Assembly (NCBI RefSeq): GCF_036365525.1 | Contig: NC_090382.1 | Location: 34,145,298-34,209,297 of the forward strand | Length of the DNA stretch: 64,000 bases | Direction: 5' to 3' | Origin: Heterodontus francisci | Taxonomy: Eukaryota | In this document: positions 53,177 to 64,000 of the stretch, piece after piece | How the letters are laid out: each line of letters starts with the position of its first letter | How positions within the stretch are numbered: position 1 is the first letter of the stretch | Position numbers and translations under genes: made by a program | The notes under the pieces: model-generated | Told to the model about the DNA's origin: nothing | The model's input: only the letters and a program-made list of their open reading frames with translations | Databases searched by the model: none

Positions 53177-56100
53177 CTACACTATTCCATTTTCATCCAT
53201 ATGTCTATCCAATGACCACTTAAATGCCCTTAAAGTTGGCGAGTCTACTACTGTTGCAGGCAGGGCGTTCCACGCCCCTACTACTCTCTGTGTAAAGAAA
53301 CTACCTCTGACATCTGTCCTATATCTATCACCCCTCAACTTAAAGCTATGTCCCCTCGTGTTTGCCATCACCATCCGAGGAAAAAGGCTCTCACTATCCA
53401 CCCTGTCCAGCCCTCTGATTATCTTATATGTCTCTATTAAGTCACCTCTCCTCCTCCTTCTCTCCAACGAAAACAACCTCAAGTCCCTCAGCCTTTCCTC
53501 GTAAGACCTTCCCTCCATACCAGGCAACATCCTAGTAAATCTCCTCTGCACCTTTTCCAAAGCTTCCACATCCTTCCTATAATGCGTGACCAGAACTGCA
53601 CGCAATACTCCAGGTGCGGCCGCACCAGAGTTCTGTACAGCTGCAGCATGACCTCGTGGCTCCTAAACTCGATCCCCCTACTAATAAAAGCTAACACACC
53701 ATATGCCTTCTTAACAGCTCTATTAACCTGGGTGGCAACTTTCAGGGATTTATGTACCTGGACACCAAGATCTCTCCGCTCATCTACACTACCAAGAATT
53801 TTCCCATTAGCCCAGTATTCTGCAATCCTGTTACTCCTTCCGAAGTGAATCACCTCACACTTTTCCGCATTAAACTCCATTTGCCATCTCTCAGCCCAGC
53901 TCTGCAGCCTATCTATGTCCCTCTGTAACCTACAACATCCTTCGGCACTATCCACAACTCCACCGACCTTCGTGTCATCCGCAAATTTACTAACCCACCC
54001 TTCTACACCCTCATCCAGGTCATTTATAAAAATGACAAACAGCAGTGGCCCCAAAACAGATCCTTGCGGCACGGTGGCACAGTGGTTAGCACTGCAGCCT
54101 CACAGCTCCAGGGACCCGGGTTCGATTCTAGGTACTGCCTGTGCGGAGTTTGCAAGTTCTCCCTGTGTCTACGTGGGTTTCGTCCGGGTGCTCCGGTTTC
54201 CTCCCACATGCCAAAGACTTGCAGGTTGATAGGTTAATTGGCCATTATAAATTGCCCCTAGTATAGGTAGGTGGTAGGGAAATATATAGGGACCGGTGGG
54301 GATGTTATTGGAATATGGGATTCGTGTAGGATTAGTATAAATGGGTGGTTGATGGTCGGCACAGACTCGGTGGGCCAAAGGGCCTGTTTCAGTGCTGTAT
54401 CTCTAAACTAAATCTAAACCACTAGAAACTATACTCCAGGATGAACATTTACCATCAACCACCACCCTCTGTCTTCTTTCAGCTAGCCAATTTCTGATCC
54501 AAAGCACTAATTCACCTTCAACCCCATACTTCTGTATTTTCTGCAATAGCCTACCGTGGGGAACTTTATCAAACGCCTTACTGAAATCCATATAGACCAC
54601 ATCCACGGCTTTACCCTCATCCACCTGTTTGGTCACCTTGTCAAAAAACTCAATCAGGTTTGTGAGGCACGACCTACCCTTCACAAAACCGTGCTGACTA
54701 TCGCAAATGAACTTATTCTTTTCAAGATGATTATAAATCCTATCTCTTATAACCTTTTCCAACATTTTACCCACAACCGAAGTAAGGCTCACAGGTCTAT
54801 AATTACCAGGGCTGTCTCTACTCCCCTTCTTGAACAAGGGGACAACATTTGCTATCCTCCAGTCTTCCGGCACTATTCCTGTCGACAATGACGACATAAA
54901 AATCAAGGACAAAGGCTCTGCAATCTCCTCCCTGGCTTCCCAGAGAATCCTAGGATAAATCCCATCTGGCCCAGGGGACTTATCTATTTTCACACTTTCC
55001 AAAATTGCTAACACCTCCTCCTTGTGAACCTCAATCCCATCTAGCCTAGTAGTCTGTATCTCAGTATTCTCCTCGACAACATTTTCTTTCTCCACTGTAA
55101 ATACTGACGAAAAATATTTATTTAACACTTCCCCTATCTCCTCCGATTCCACACACAACTTCCCACTACTATCCTTGATTGGCCCTAACCTATCTCTAGT
55201 CATTCTTTTATTCCTGATATACCTATAGAAAGCCTTAGGGTTTTCTTTGATCCTATCCGCCAATGACTTCTCGTGTCCTCTCCTTGCTCTTCTTATCTCT
55301 CCCTTTAGATCCTTCCTGGCTAGCTTGTAACTCTCAAGTGCCCTAACTGAGCCTTCACGTCTCATCCTAACATAAGCCTTCTTCTTCCTCTTGACAAGCT
55401 CTTCAACTTCTTTAGTAAACCACGGCTCCCTCGCTCGACAACTTCCTCCCTGCCTGACAGGTACATACTTATCAAGGACACGCAGTAGCTGCTCCTTGAA
55501 TAAGCTCCACATTTCGATTGTGCCCATCCCCTGCAGTTTCCTTCCCCATCCTACGCATCCTAAATCTTGCCTAATCGCATCATAATTTCCTTTCCCCCAG
55601 CTATAATTCTTGCCCTGCTGTATATGCCTGTCCCTGCCCATCGCTAAGGTAAACCTAACCGAATTGTGATCACTATCACCAAAGTGCTCACCAACTTCTA
55701 AATCTAACACCTGGCCGGGTTCATTACCCAGTACCAAATCCAATGTGGCATCGCCCCTGGTTGGCCTGTCTACATACTGTGTCAGAAAACCCTCCTGCAC
55801 ACACTGGACAAAAACAGACCCATCTAAAGTACTCGAACTATAGTATTTCCAGTCAATATTTGGAAAGTTAAAGTCCCCCATAACCACTACCCTGTTACTC
55901 TCGCTCCTGTCAAGAATCATCTTTGCTATCCTTTCCTCTACATCTCTGGAACTATTCGGAGGTCTATAGAAAACTCCCAACAGGGTGACCTCTCCTCTCC
56001 TGTTCCTAACCTCGGCCCAGACTACCTCAGTAGACGAGTCCTCAAACGTCCTTTCTGCCGCTGTAATACTTTCCTTGATTAACAATGCCACACCCCCCCC

Positions 56101-56412
56101 TCTTTTACCCTCTTCTCTGTTCTTAGTGAAACATCTAAATCCCGGAACCCGCAACATCCATTCCTGTCCCTGCTCTACCCATGTCTCTGAAATGGCCACA
56201 ACATCGAGGTCCCAGGTACCAACCCATGCTGCAAGCTCACCCACCTTATTCCGGATGCTCCTGGCGTTGAAGTAGACACATTTTAAACCAAGCTCTTGCT
56301 TGCCAGTGCCCTCTTGTGTCCTTATAACCTTATCCCTGACCTCACTACTCTCAACATCCTGCACACTGGAACTACAATTTAGGTTCCCATCCCCCTGCTG
56401 AATTAGTTTAAA
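53177..56412 (-). pseudogene. CR1 ORF2, interrupted by an HE1 SINE and one frameshift
   Basis: Open from the ORF1 junction to SSG/, resumes /VPQG after the SINE; 1-nt deletion near 53585 (FWSPHY motif broken). Confidence 0.9.
54066..54417 (+). mobile_element. HE1-type V-SINE inserted in the CR1 RT domain
   Basis: Colinear with the 17193 copy; removing it restores SSGVPQG. Confidence 0.93.
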
Positions 56413-57344
56413 CCCCCCCGAAGAGCACTAGCAAATCTCCCCCCCAGGATATTGGTACCCCTCTGGTTCAGGTGAAGACCATCCTGTTTGTAGAGGTCCC
56501 ACCTACCCCAGAAAGAGCCCCAATTATCCAGGAAACCAAAACCCTCCCTCCTACACCATCCCTGCAGCCACGTGTTCAACTCCTCTCTCTCCCTATTCCT
56601 CACTTCGCTAGCACATGGCACGGGCAACAACCCAGAGATAACAACTCTGTTTGTTCTCGCTCTAAGCTTCCACCCTAGCTCCCTGAATTTCTGCCTTAAA
56701 TCCCCATCTGTCTTCCTACCTATGTCATTGGTGCCTATGTGTACCACGACTTGGGGCTGCTCCCCCTCCCCCTTGAGGATCCCAAAAATACGATCCGAGA
56801 CATCACGTACCCTGGCACCTGGGAGGCAACACACCAACCGTGAGTCTCTCTCGTTCCCACAAAACCTCCTATCTGTTCCCCTAACTATGGAGTCCCCAAT
56901 GACTAATGCTCTGCTCCTCTTACCCCTTCCCTTCTGAGCAACAGGGACAGACTCTGCGCCAGAGACCTGTATCCCATTGCCTACCCCTGGTAAGTCGTCT
57001 CCCCCAACAGTATCCAAAACGGTATACCTGTTGTTGAGGGAAACGGCCACAGGGGATCCCTGCACTGCCTGCTGGTTCCCTCTCCTTCCCCTGACGGTAA
57101 CCCATCTACCTTCTTCTTTTACCTGAGGTGTGACTGCCTTCCGATGACTCCTCTCAATAATCCCCTCTGCCTCCCGAATGATCCGAAGTTCCTCCAGCTC
57201 CAGCTCCAGTTCCCTAACGCGGTCCTCGAGGAGCTGGAGCTGGGTGCACTTCCCGCAGATGCAGTCAGCAGGGACACCCTTGGCGACCCTTACCTCCCAC
57301 ATTCTGCAGGAGGAACATTCAACTGCCTTAACCTCCATTCCCAC
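56403..57344 (-). CDS. CR1 ORF1p: zinc finger, coiled coil and SGNH esterase (about 311 aa from ATG 57338)
   Basis: CSSC...CGKC, LLEDRVRELELELEEL, IGDS, HIGTND, DGLHL; uninterrupted. Confidence 0.9.
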   Translation of the reverse strand: MGMEVKAVECSSCRMWEVRVAKGVPADCICGKCTQLQLLEDRVRELELELEELRIIREAEGIIERSHRKAVTPQVKEEGRWVTVRGRRGNQQAVQGSPVAVSLNNRYTVLDTVGGDDLPGVGNGIQVSGAESVPVAQKGRGKRSRALVIGDSIVRGTDRRFCGNERDSRLVCCLPGARVRDVSDRIFGILKGEGEQPQVVVHIGTNDIGRKTDGDLRQKFRELGWKLRARTNRVVISGLLPVPCASEVRNREREELNTWLQGWCRREGFGFLDNWGSFWGRWDLYKQDGLHLNQRGTNILGGRFASALRGGLN

Positions 57345-60300
57345 TATTCTAAATTCCCAAGTTTTTAACCAATCACACGATAAAACAAGAAGAGAAATAG
57401 AAAAAGCCTTACCTTACCTACACACAACCGAGTCCTTTTTTTGGTAAGAGGAGGAGGGCGGGTGGGAGACACCACAAGAGTAGTGTCTCGGGTTCAGAAA
57501 CAGCCCAAATAGAGAGGTTTCTACTTACCCAGCAGTCCCTGCTCCACCGAAACTCCCGATGAAATTGACTTCCCAGCTGTTCACTCCTCGCTCGCAATGC
57601 CTGTGCTCCTGGAAAAGCTGCACAACGAAAAGCTTTTCTTGTGGTTGTATGTGCTTGAGTACTAACATGTCTGCAACTGAAGCTAGTAACTTGGGATAAG
57701 TTAAAAGCACTGTCTATGGAGAAGTTGAGGAAAATGACTGAGCAGTGTAGGATCACTCTATGTGGAAAAGCTAAGAAGTCTGAACTCCTAAGGCTAGTGG
57801 CCAAATATTTTTCCCTTGAATCTGAAGAAGCAGAAATAGACTCAGACAGGGTATTGCTAACAAAAATACAATTGAAACAGAGGAAACATGAATTTGAGGA
57901 AAGAGAGAGACAGAAAGAAAGAACCTTCCAGAAAGAAAGTGAAGAGAGAGAGCTGAAGCGGCTTGAGTTAACTAGCGGGCGACAGAGTAACCCTAGTGAA
58001 AGCATGGCCAATATGGAGGAGCATAATTCAGGGCTGGGTACAGAATTGTTAAAACTAACTCAACTATTTCCAAAATTCATTGAGGAGGATGTAGAAATTT
58101 TTTTTGTGTCCTTTGAGAAACTGGCAAGGCAGCTAAAATGGCCTCTTTTATTACAAAGCAAGCTAAGCAGAAAAGCCCATGAGGTTTATTCCCTGTTGTC
58201 AGATGAGAGTTCATCAAATTATGAATTGACAAAAAACGCTATCCTCAGGGTAGATGAATTAGTACCTGAAGCCTATCACCAACAGTTTAGAAGCAAGCTA
58301 ATCAAACTTATCTGGAGTTTTAAAAAAGTAAGCAGCTGGCTTTTGACCAGTAGCTGAGGGCTCTTAAAGTACAGCTCAGCTATGAGAATCTCAGAGAAGT
58401 AATTCTGTTAGAGGAATTTCAATACTCTCTCCAACATTCCATAAAGACCCATGTAGAAGAGCAGTGGGTTCAGAGACCCCGTTCTGGCCAATGTGTTTGC
58501 TGTCATTTATAAGTCAGTCTCCCAGGGGAGAAACTTTCCTAGTCACCCCCACAAATCTGAAAAGGACAAAAGGTGGGAAGGTGATAGTGCCCAAGCAGTC
58601 CTGAGAAAGGAAAGCAGGAGACACGGGGGGCCCTCCTCCAGCCAAAAAGGAAGGTGCTAGAAGCAGGAATGAGACCCAGAGAGTTGTGTGCTTCCATTGT
58701 AATACAGCAGGGCATTTAATAGCTGACTGCTGGAAGCTAAAGTGAAAACCGGTAGGGATAATCAGGGCACACCAGCTCAGTGAAGAAGCAAACCTGATGG
58801 AAAGAACAGCAGAACAAGCTGTGGCTTTAACTTCAGTAAGAGTGCAACCCAGCAAGCTTACTACTGCAAGTGCAGCAAAAATTAATAGGATTCCTGAAAG
58901 TTATCAGGGTTTTGTGTTTGAAGGGAAAGTAACCCCATACCCCTCAAGTGGGGCAAGCAAGCCCATAGTAATCCTCAGGAAATAGGGGTCACTAGATCCC
59001 TTTTACTGGGAAAAGACCTGACATTTCCCCCAGAGAGTGTAGTGAACATCAGAATGGTGGTGAATGGTATTGGAGGGCAGTGTATGCATGTACTTTCCCT
59101 GAATATGTAGCGGATCAGGCCATGATCAAACCAGCTCCCCCAGAGGAGACTGAATTAGCACTGCAGGCAAATGACCAGGTCTGTCTGTCCAAGACTTTTG
59201 TTGGGAAATTAGAAGACCCAGGGAGTGAATTAAATAAATTTTCCCTAGCTGAGGCTCAGCGAGCCGACCCAGTATTGCAAGAGTTAGCACAGGTTATCCA
59301 GTCTGATAGTGAAGCAGAGGGAGTTCCTGATTGCTACTATTTAAAGAATGAGGTACTGATGAGGAAATGGAGTTCTCCTCGCAGATCTGAGAGCAAGGAG
59401 TGGACAGTAGTTCACCAGTTAGTGGTGCAGCAGAGGTACTGGAGAGAAATATTAAGAAGGGCCCATCAGACTACAGTGGCTGTACATGCCAGTATACAAA
59501 AGACCAAAGCCCGCATAAGACAGTGTTTTGACTGGGCAAAACTCCACAAAGATATGGTGGAGGACTGCAGGAGTTGCCACATGTGCCAGGTTGAGGGGAA
59601 ACACCAACTTACAGTGAAACCTGCACCCCTAAGTCCTGTACCGGTGTTAGGAGGACCCTCCAGCAGAGGGCTGGTGAACTGTAAGGAACTCCTGCCGAGA
59701 ACAAAAGGGGACAGGCAGGCACAAGGCTGGCAAAAGGTCAGAAAGGGAATGGGAAAAAGTGACCAAGAGGGCAGGTTAAAGGAAGTCCGGGAGGAATTCT
59801 GAATGAAAACCCTTGCTGTCCAGACAGCCAAACCAGAAAAATTTGAAAAGGTAGATCCCACACCTCCTATGTAAATGCAGATACTAGAAGCAACCCACCA
59901 GACTTGCTAACAGCATTTACAGGAACCTGCAGAGACAAAGAAAGACCTCTAAGTGGCACAGAAACCATGAGGTTGATGCCTCACCTTGTCAAGGTGCCAC
60001 AGGGGAGTGCAGTAGAGTCTGCACAAATACCTGTGGGCAGGAATGTCCCAGAGGACAAAGGGGATATTGGCAAGAAATCCTCCCCCACAGTCAGAAGGAA
60101 AGAGAGCCATGCATCCCCTGAGGTCAAAGGCCTTTGCATGACTCAGCAAGGCACTGAAAGAGAGTTCAGGATAGACCCGCCCACTACTGACTCTCCTGAA
60201 AAAAAAATTCCAACTCAGGGCTAATTAAACCAAACCATGTCAGAGACCCTAGGCAGCCATGGAAATGGGAAAACTGAAGAAAAACTTCCCCAAAGAACCA

Positions 60301-62539
60301 CATGCTTATTGGGATACCAAAACAGGGGCAATTAAAGCAGCACTGGCACTAAGAAAAGACAGGCTGTAATAAGTTTTTAGGATTTATGAATAAATGTGAA
60401 TGAATGAGAGAGAGAGACCTGTGTTTCCCCCTGTATCTTATATATTCTCTTTCGACCCTTTTTAGTGAAATGCTCTTTTCTCAAATCGCATTTCATTCCA
60501 CTGGGTGTGGAGGTGTTATGCTGGGTCCCCACTTGCCACGAATGAGGCAAATTAATTTTGCCACATGGACATTAAATTTCTAATTGTTGCAGGGAAGAGA
60601 AGGCCTGTTACAAGAGCTGCCAGACACTTGGCTGGAAGACAAGAGAGATTACTCCCCTTATCCATTTAACCCACAATGGACTTTGAGCACCAGACATTGA
60701 AGGCAGGGAAGTATATTCCAGGCCCTGCTAAGATGATACAATCCACAGAGCCAAGACGTGGTCAGACCAGCTAGTCACAGGACTAACCTGCTTGGCAACC
60801 TGATTTTTTAAGAATTGCACAAAGAGTTTGAACTGAGAGAGTGTCTGTTTGCTCCTGGACTGAAAAGACTTCTCCTGGCTGGGTCGCCACAGCCTCTCCT
60901 GTCTGCTCCCATCTCTTTCTCACTGAAATCCAAATCCACTGAAGACACATGAACCCCAAGAGAGAAAAGAGTCCTACAGTGAACAAGGTTTAAGAAGAAT
61001 ACTGGGCCCCAACGAAAAGCAAGATCTACCTACAATCAAGGACTCTACAGTGAGCTCGATGATCCGTAATAAAAGCCCTCTTCAGAGATTGCCTCAAACT
61101 TTTCCAATTTATTTCTTCTGCTCTGTTCTGTCTCTATCTGCATGTGTGTATCACATATGCATGCTGACGTAGGCGCATGGTGTATCCATAGGCGTTAACC
61201 AAATTAGAGTTTAAGTTTAAGAAATTTCAACCTTTCAATTTCAACCTTTCTTCTTTAAACCTAAGAAAACCTGTTTGTGCTGGTTTCTTTGCCTTATAAT
61301 TCGAAAGCGGTGAACAAGGATTCACCAAGGTGGAGTTAAAAACATGATGTGTTGAAAATTAAACCCTGTTATGGTAAGACCAGGTGAAGGCTGAGAGGGA
61401 ACCCTAGACCCCTTTCTCACCTGGTCATAACAATATTAAGTATTCATAGATGGAGGCGCCAATTATTGACTTAAAAATATCCACTGCTAAGGTTGAATTT
61501 AGGATCTGAAGCAAGGTTTGGCTTGTTTCCTTTGTTGAAGAGGAATCTTGAAATTTCAGAGATTATGAAGAGCATTGACAAATTATTAGGGGACAAAAAT
61601 TATAAATTAGGAGTAAGAAGGGAAGTCATGTAGAACCTTTTCACCCAAAAGCATAACAGAACTGGGAAACATTGTAATCTATCGGAGAAGATCATTAAAG
61701 CAAACAAAAGTCAAGAGGAAATTCAGAGTGCATTTTGGATGGAGAAGGGTTTGAGTCAATTGGTGAGCTTGTTGAAATTTAGCTACTAAAAAGGAAACAT
61801 AAGAACACAAGAAATAGGGGCAGGAGTAGGCTATTCGGCCCTTCGGGCCCGATCTATCATTTAATGAGATCATGGTTGATCTTCTACTTCAACACCATTT
61901 TCCTGCACTATCCCTGTATCCCTTGATGTTTTTAATATGTAGCAATTTATCGATCTCAGTCTTGAACATACTCAATGACTGAGCCTCCACAGCCTTTTGG
62001 GGTAGAGAATTCCAAAGATTCACCACCCTCTGAAAGAAGAAATTCCTCCTCATCTCAGTCCTAAATGGCCTGCCTCTTATTCTGAAACTGTGTCCCCTGG
62101 TTCTAGACTCCTCAGCCAGGGGAAACATCCTTGCTGCATCAACCCTGTCAAGCTCTGTAAGAGTTCTGTATGTTTGAATGAGATCACTTCTCATTCTTCT
62201 AAACTCCAGAGAATAAAAGCCCAGTCTATTTAATCTTTCCTCATAGGACAATCCTTCCATCCCAGGAATTAGTTTGGTGAACCTTCATTGCTCTCCCTCT
62301 ATGGCAAGCATATCCTTCCTTAGGTAAAGAGACCAAAACTTCACACAATACTCCTGGTGCAGTCTCACCAAGGTTCTATATATTTGCAGTAAGATATCTT
62401 TACTCTCATGCTCAAATCCTTTTGCAATAAAGGCCAACAAACCATTTGCCTTCTTAATTGCTTGCTGTACCTGCATGTTAGCTTTCAGTGACTCATGAAC
62501 AAGGACACCTAAGTACCTTTGAAGTTCAATACTTCCCAG

Positions 62540-63260
62540 TGTTATGAAAACCCCACATGCCAAATGGGAAAATATTAATTTCATCGATCAGAACTTTGCC
62601 TGAGACTTTTGCTGGAAATTGTGACAAATAACTTTTCAAAAAGAACAGCTAACAGCCAGGATGGCCACGAACACCTGCATTTGAAATACCAAAGGATTAG
62701 ACTGGAGACAAACATGATTGACTCAGCCTAGCCAGAACAATGGGGTGCTCTCTGATTCAATTACTTGCTATAACCTTGTCAATGTGGTTGTCAAGAGCCA
62801 GCGACACTCGCTGACTTTGAAAGAACCAACCCCCCACCAAGTATGTCTGGAGAGCCTAAGGGGAGAGCCTTGAATTTCAGAGAAAATTCCAGAAGAGCTT
62901 CATTAAAACACAAAGAGGTGGTCATGTCATGTGACCACTTGTGCAACTCTGGGAGATTGTGAGTTGTGACTCAGAGAACAGACTGTAACTGGAAGTGAGC
63001 AAGAGAGCAGCTCTCTCTCTCTCCTTCTCCCTTTCTCCAGTAGAGATCCAGAGAAGCCTCAAGCTGCAGATGATAAAGCCAAGACCACAGACTCCTACAA
63101 CCAACAACCAGAATACAAGCAAGTCTGCAACCATGCACATGGCCCGGTGAGGATTTCAGGACTACAATTTCAACTAAAGACTCTGAAATTACTGAACTCT
63201 ATTTAAGTTCCATTTATTACAGACTCTACTCCAACCACCCAACTCTATTTCCCTCTGTAA

Positions 63261-63315
<55 letters not shown>

Positions 63316-63588
63316 CTCTTGTGTGAATGTGAGTGTGGGTGCGTAGTGTATTTTAGTAATTTTAACCAATTTAGAGTGATAAGGATAATAAACTTACATT
63401 TTTCTTGTTTAAACTCAAGAAAACCTGTCTGATTGGTTCATTTGCAATTATATTAGAGGAACAGGAGCAAGCACTTACTGAGGTTGTAAGTTCAATCACT
63501 GTTTTAGAAAAGAATAAACCCTTTTGTGGTGAAACCAGAAAAGGGGCGAAAGGGGAGCCTGAGACCTCTTTCTCACTTGGTCGCAACA
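62540..63588 (+). mobile_element. Solo LTR
   Basis: TGTTATG...GCAACA ends resembling those of LTR 60514-61432; AATAAA at about 63388; interrupts the CR1 reading frame. Confidence 0.8.
63268..63314. repeat. (GT)n microsatellite
   Basis: Perfect GT dinucleotide run. Confidence 0.97.
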
Positions 63589-64000
63589 CAAACTTTTCAG
63601 CATTTATCCTATTCCTACCAAAGTGGATAACCTCACATTTCTCCACGTTGTATTCCATCTGCCAGATTTCTGCCCACTCACTTAGCCTCTCCAAATCCTC
63701 TTGAAGCGACTTTACATCCTCCTCACAATTCACGCTGCCACCTAGTTTTGTGTCATCTGCAAACTTGGAAATATTACTTTTATTCCCCACATCCAAATCA
63801 CTTATATAGATTGTGAATAGCTAGGACCCAAGCACTGATCCTTGAGGTACCTCACTAGTCACAGCCTACCAATCCAAAAATGACCCATTTATTCTTACTC
63901 TCTGTTTTCTGTCCGCTAACCAGTTCTCAATCCATGCCAGCATATTCCCCCAATCCCATGTGCTCTACTTTTCTTACCAACCTCTTGGGACCTTATCAAA

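Larger units (their letters stand above)
53096..57633 (-). mobile_element. Near-full-length CR1 LINE, family B
   Basis: (TTCTATG)n tail at 53096-53116, ORF2, ORF1 and 5' UTR; inserted just after the PBS region of the second Gypsy element. Confidence 0.96.
52828..61432 (+). mobile_element. Second Gmr1-type Gypsy element, non-autonomous; 5' LTR remnant 52828-52989, 3' LTR 60514-61432
   Basis: PBS TGGGGGCTCATCCAGGATT (tRNA-Pro-like) at 52996; gag (FPKFIEEDVEIFFVSFEKLA; knuckle CFHCNTAGHLIADCW), partial protease and integrase zinc region (CRSCHMC); integrase core and RT not seen; purine tract before 60514. Confidence 0.85.
61797..64000 (-). mobile_element. Older CR1 LINE (third family), interrupted by a solo LTR and running off the window
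   Basis: [12 protein letters not shown]...[16 protein letters not shown]; LSYEERL...FFFQRVVNLWNSLP; 3' tail near 61800. Confidence 0.88.

Overview
Vertebrate genomic DNA, almost certainly from a shark or other elasmobranch (HE1-type V-SINEs, SacSINE1-type DeuSINEs, partner CR1 LINEs). Two host genes lie tail-to-tail. (1) On +, coding exons 2-6 of a retinoic-acid-hydroxylase CYP26 gene (282-25812; exon 1 is upstream of the window). Its protein mixes CYP26B1-like and CYP26C1-like residues and lacks the neighbours expected for either. (2) On -, the last three coding exons of an unrecognised immunoglobulin-superfamily membrane receptor: an antibody-constant-like C1-set exon (41715-41395), an uncharged TM exon (40538-40404) and a Tyr-containing tail exon (40009-39924). 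Most of the rest is transposon-derived and heavily nested: two near-full-length CR1 LINEs, three Gypsy LTR elements (two Gmr1-type), solo LTRs, Harbinger and hAT elements, many SINEs and Penelope-type repeats with hammerhead motifs. The strongest unexplained signals are: the C1-TM-Tyr receptor; a conserved in-phase U_UUA_AAC -1 slippery site at the ORF1/ORF2 junction of two divergent CR1 families; structured, splice-site-bearing CR1 5' UTRs; a tRNA-headed LINE with no room for ORF1, plus its deletion-derived SINE; and a possible extra CYP26B/C paralogue. All calls come from reading the sequence by eye; no searches were run, and boundaries of old repeats are approximate.
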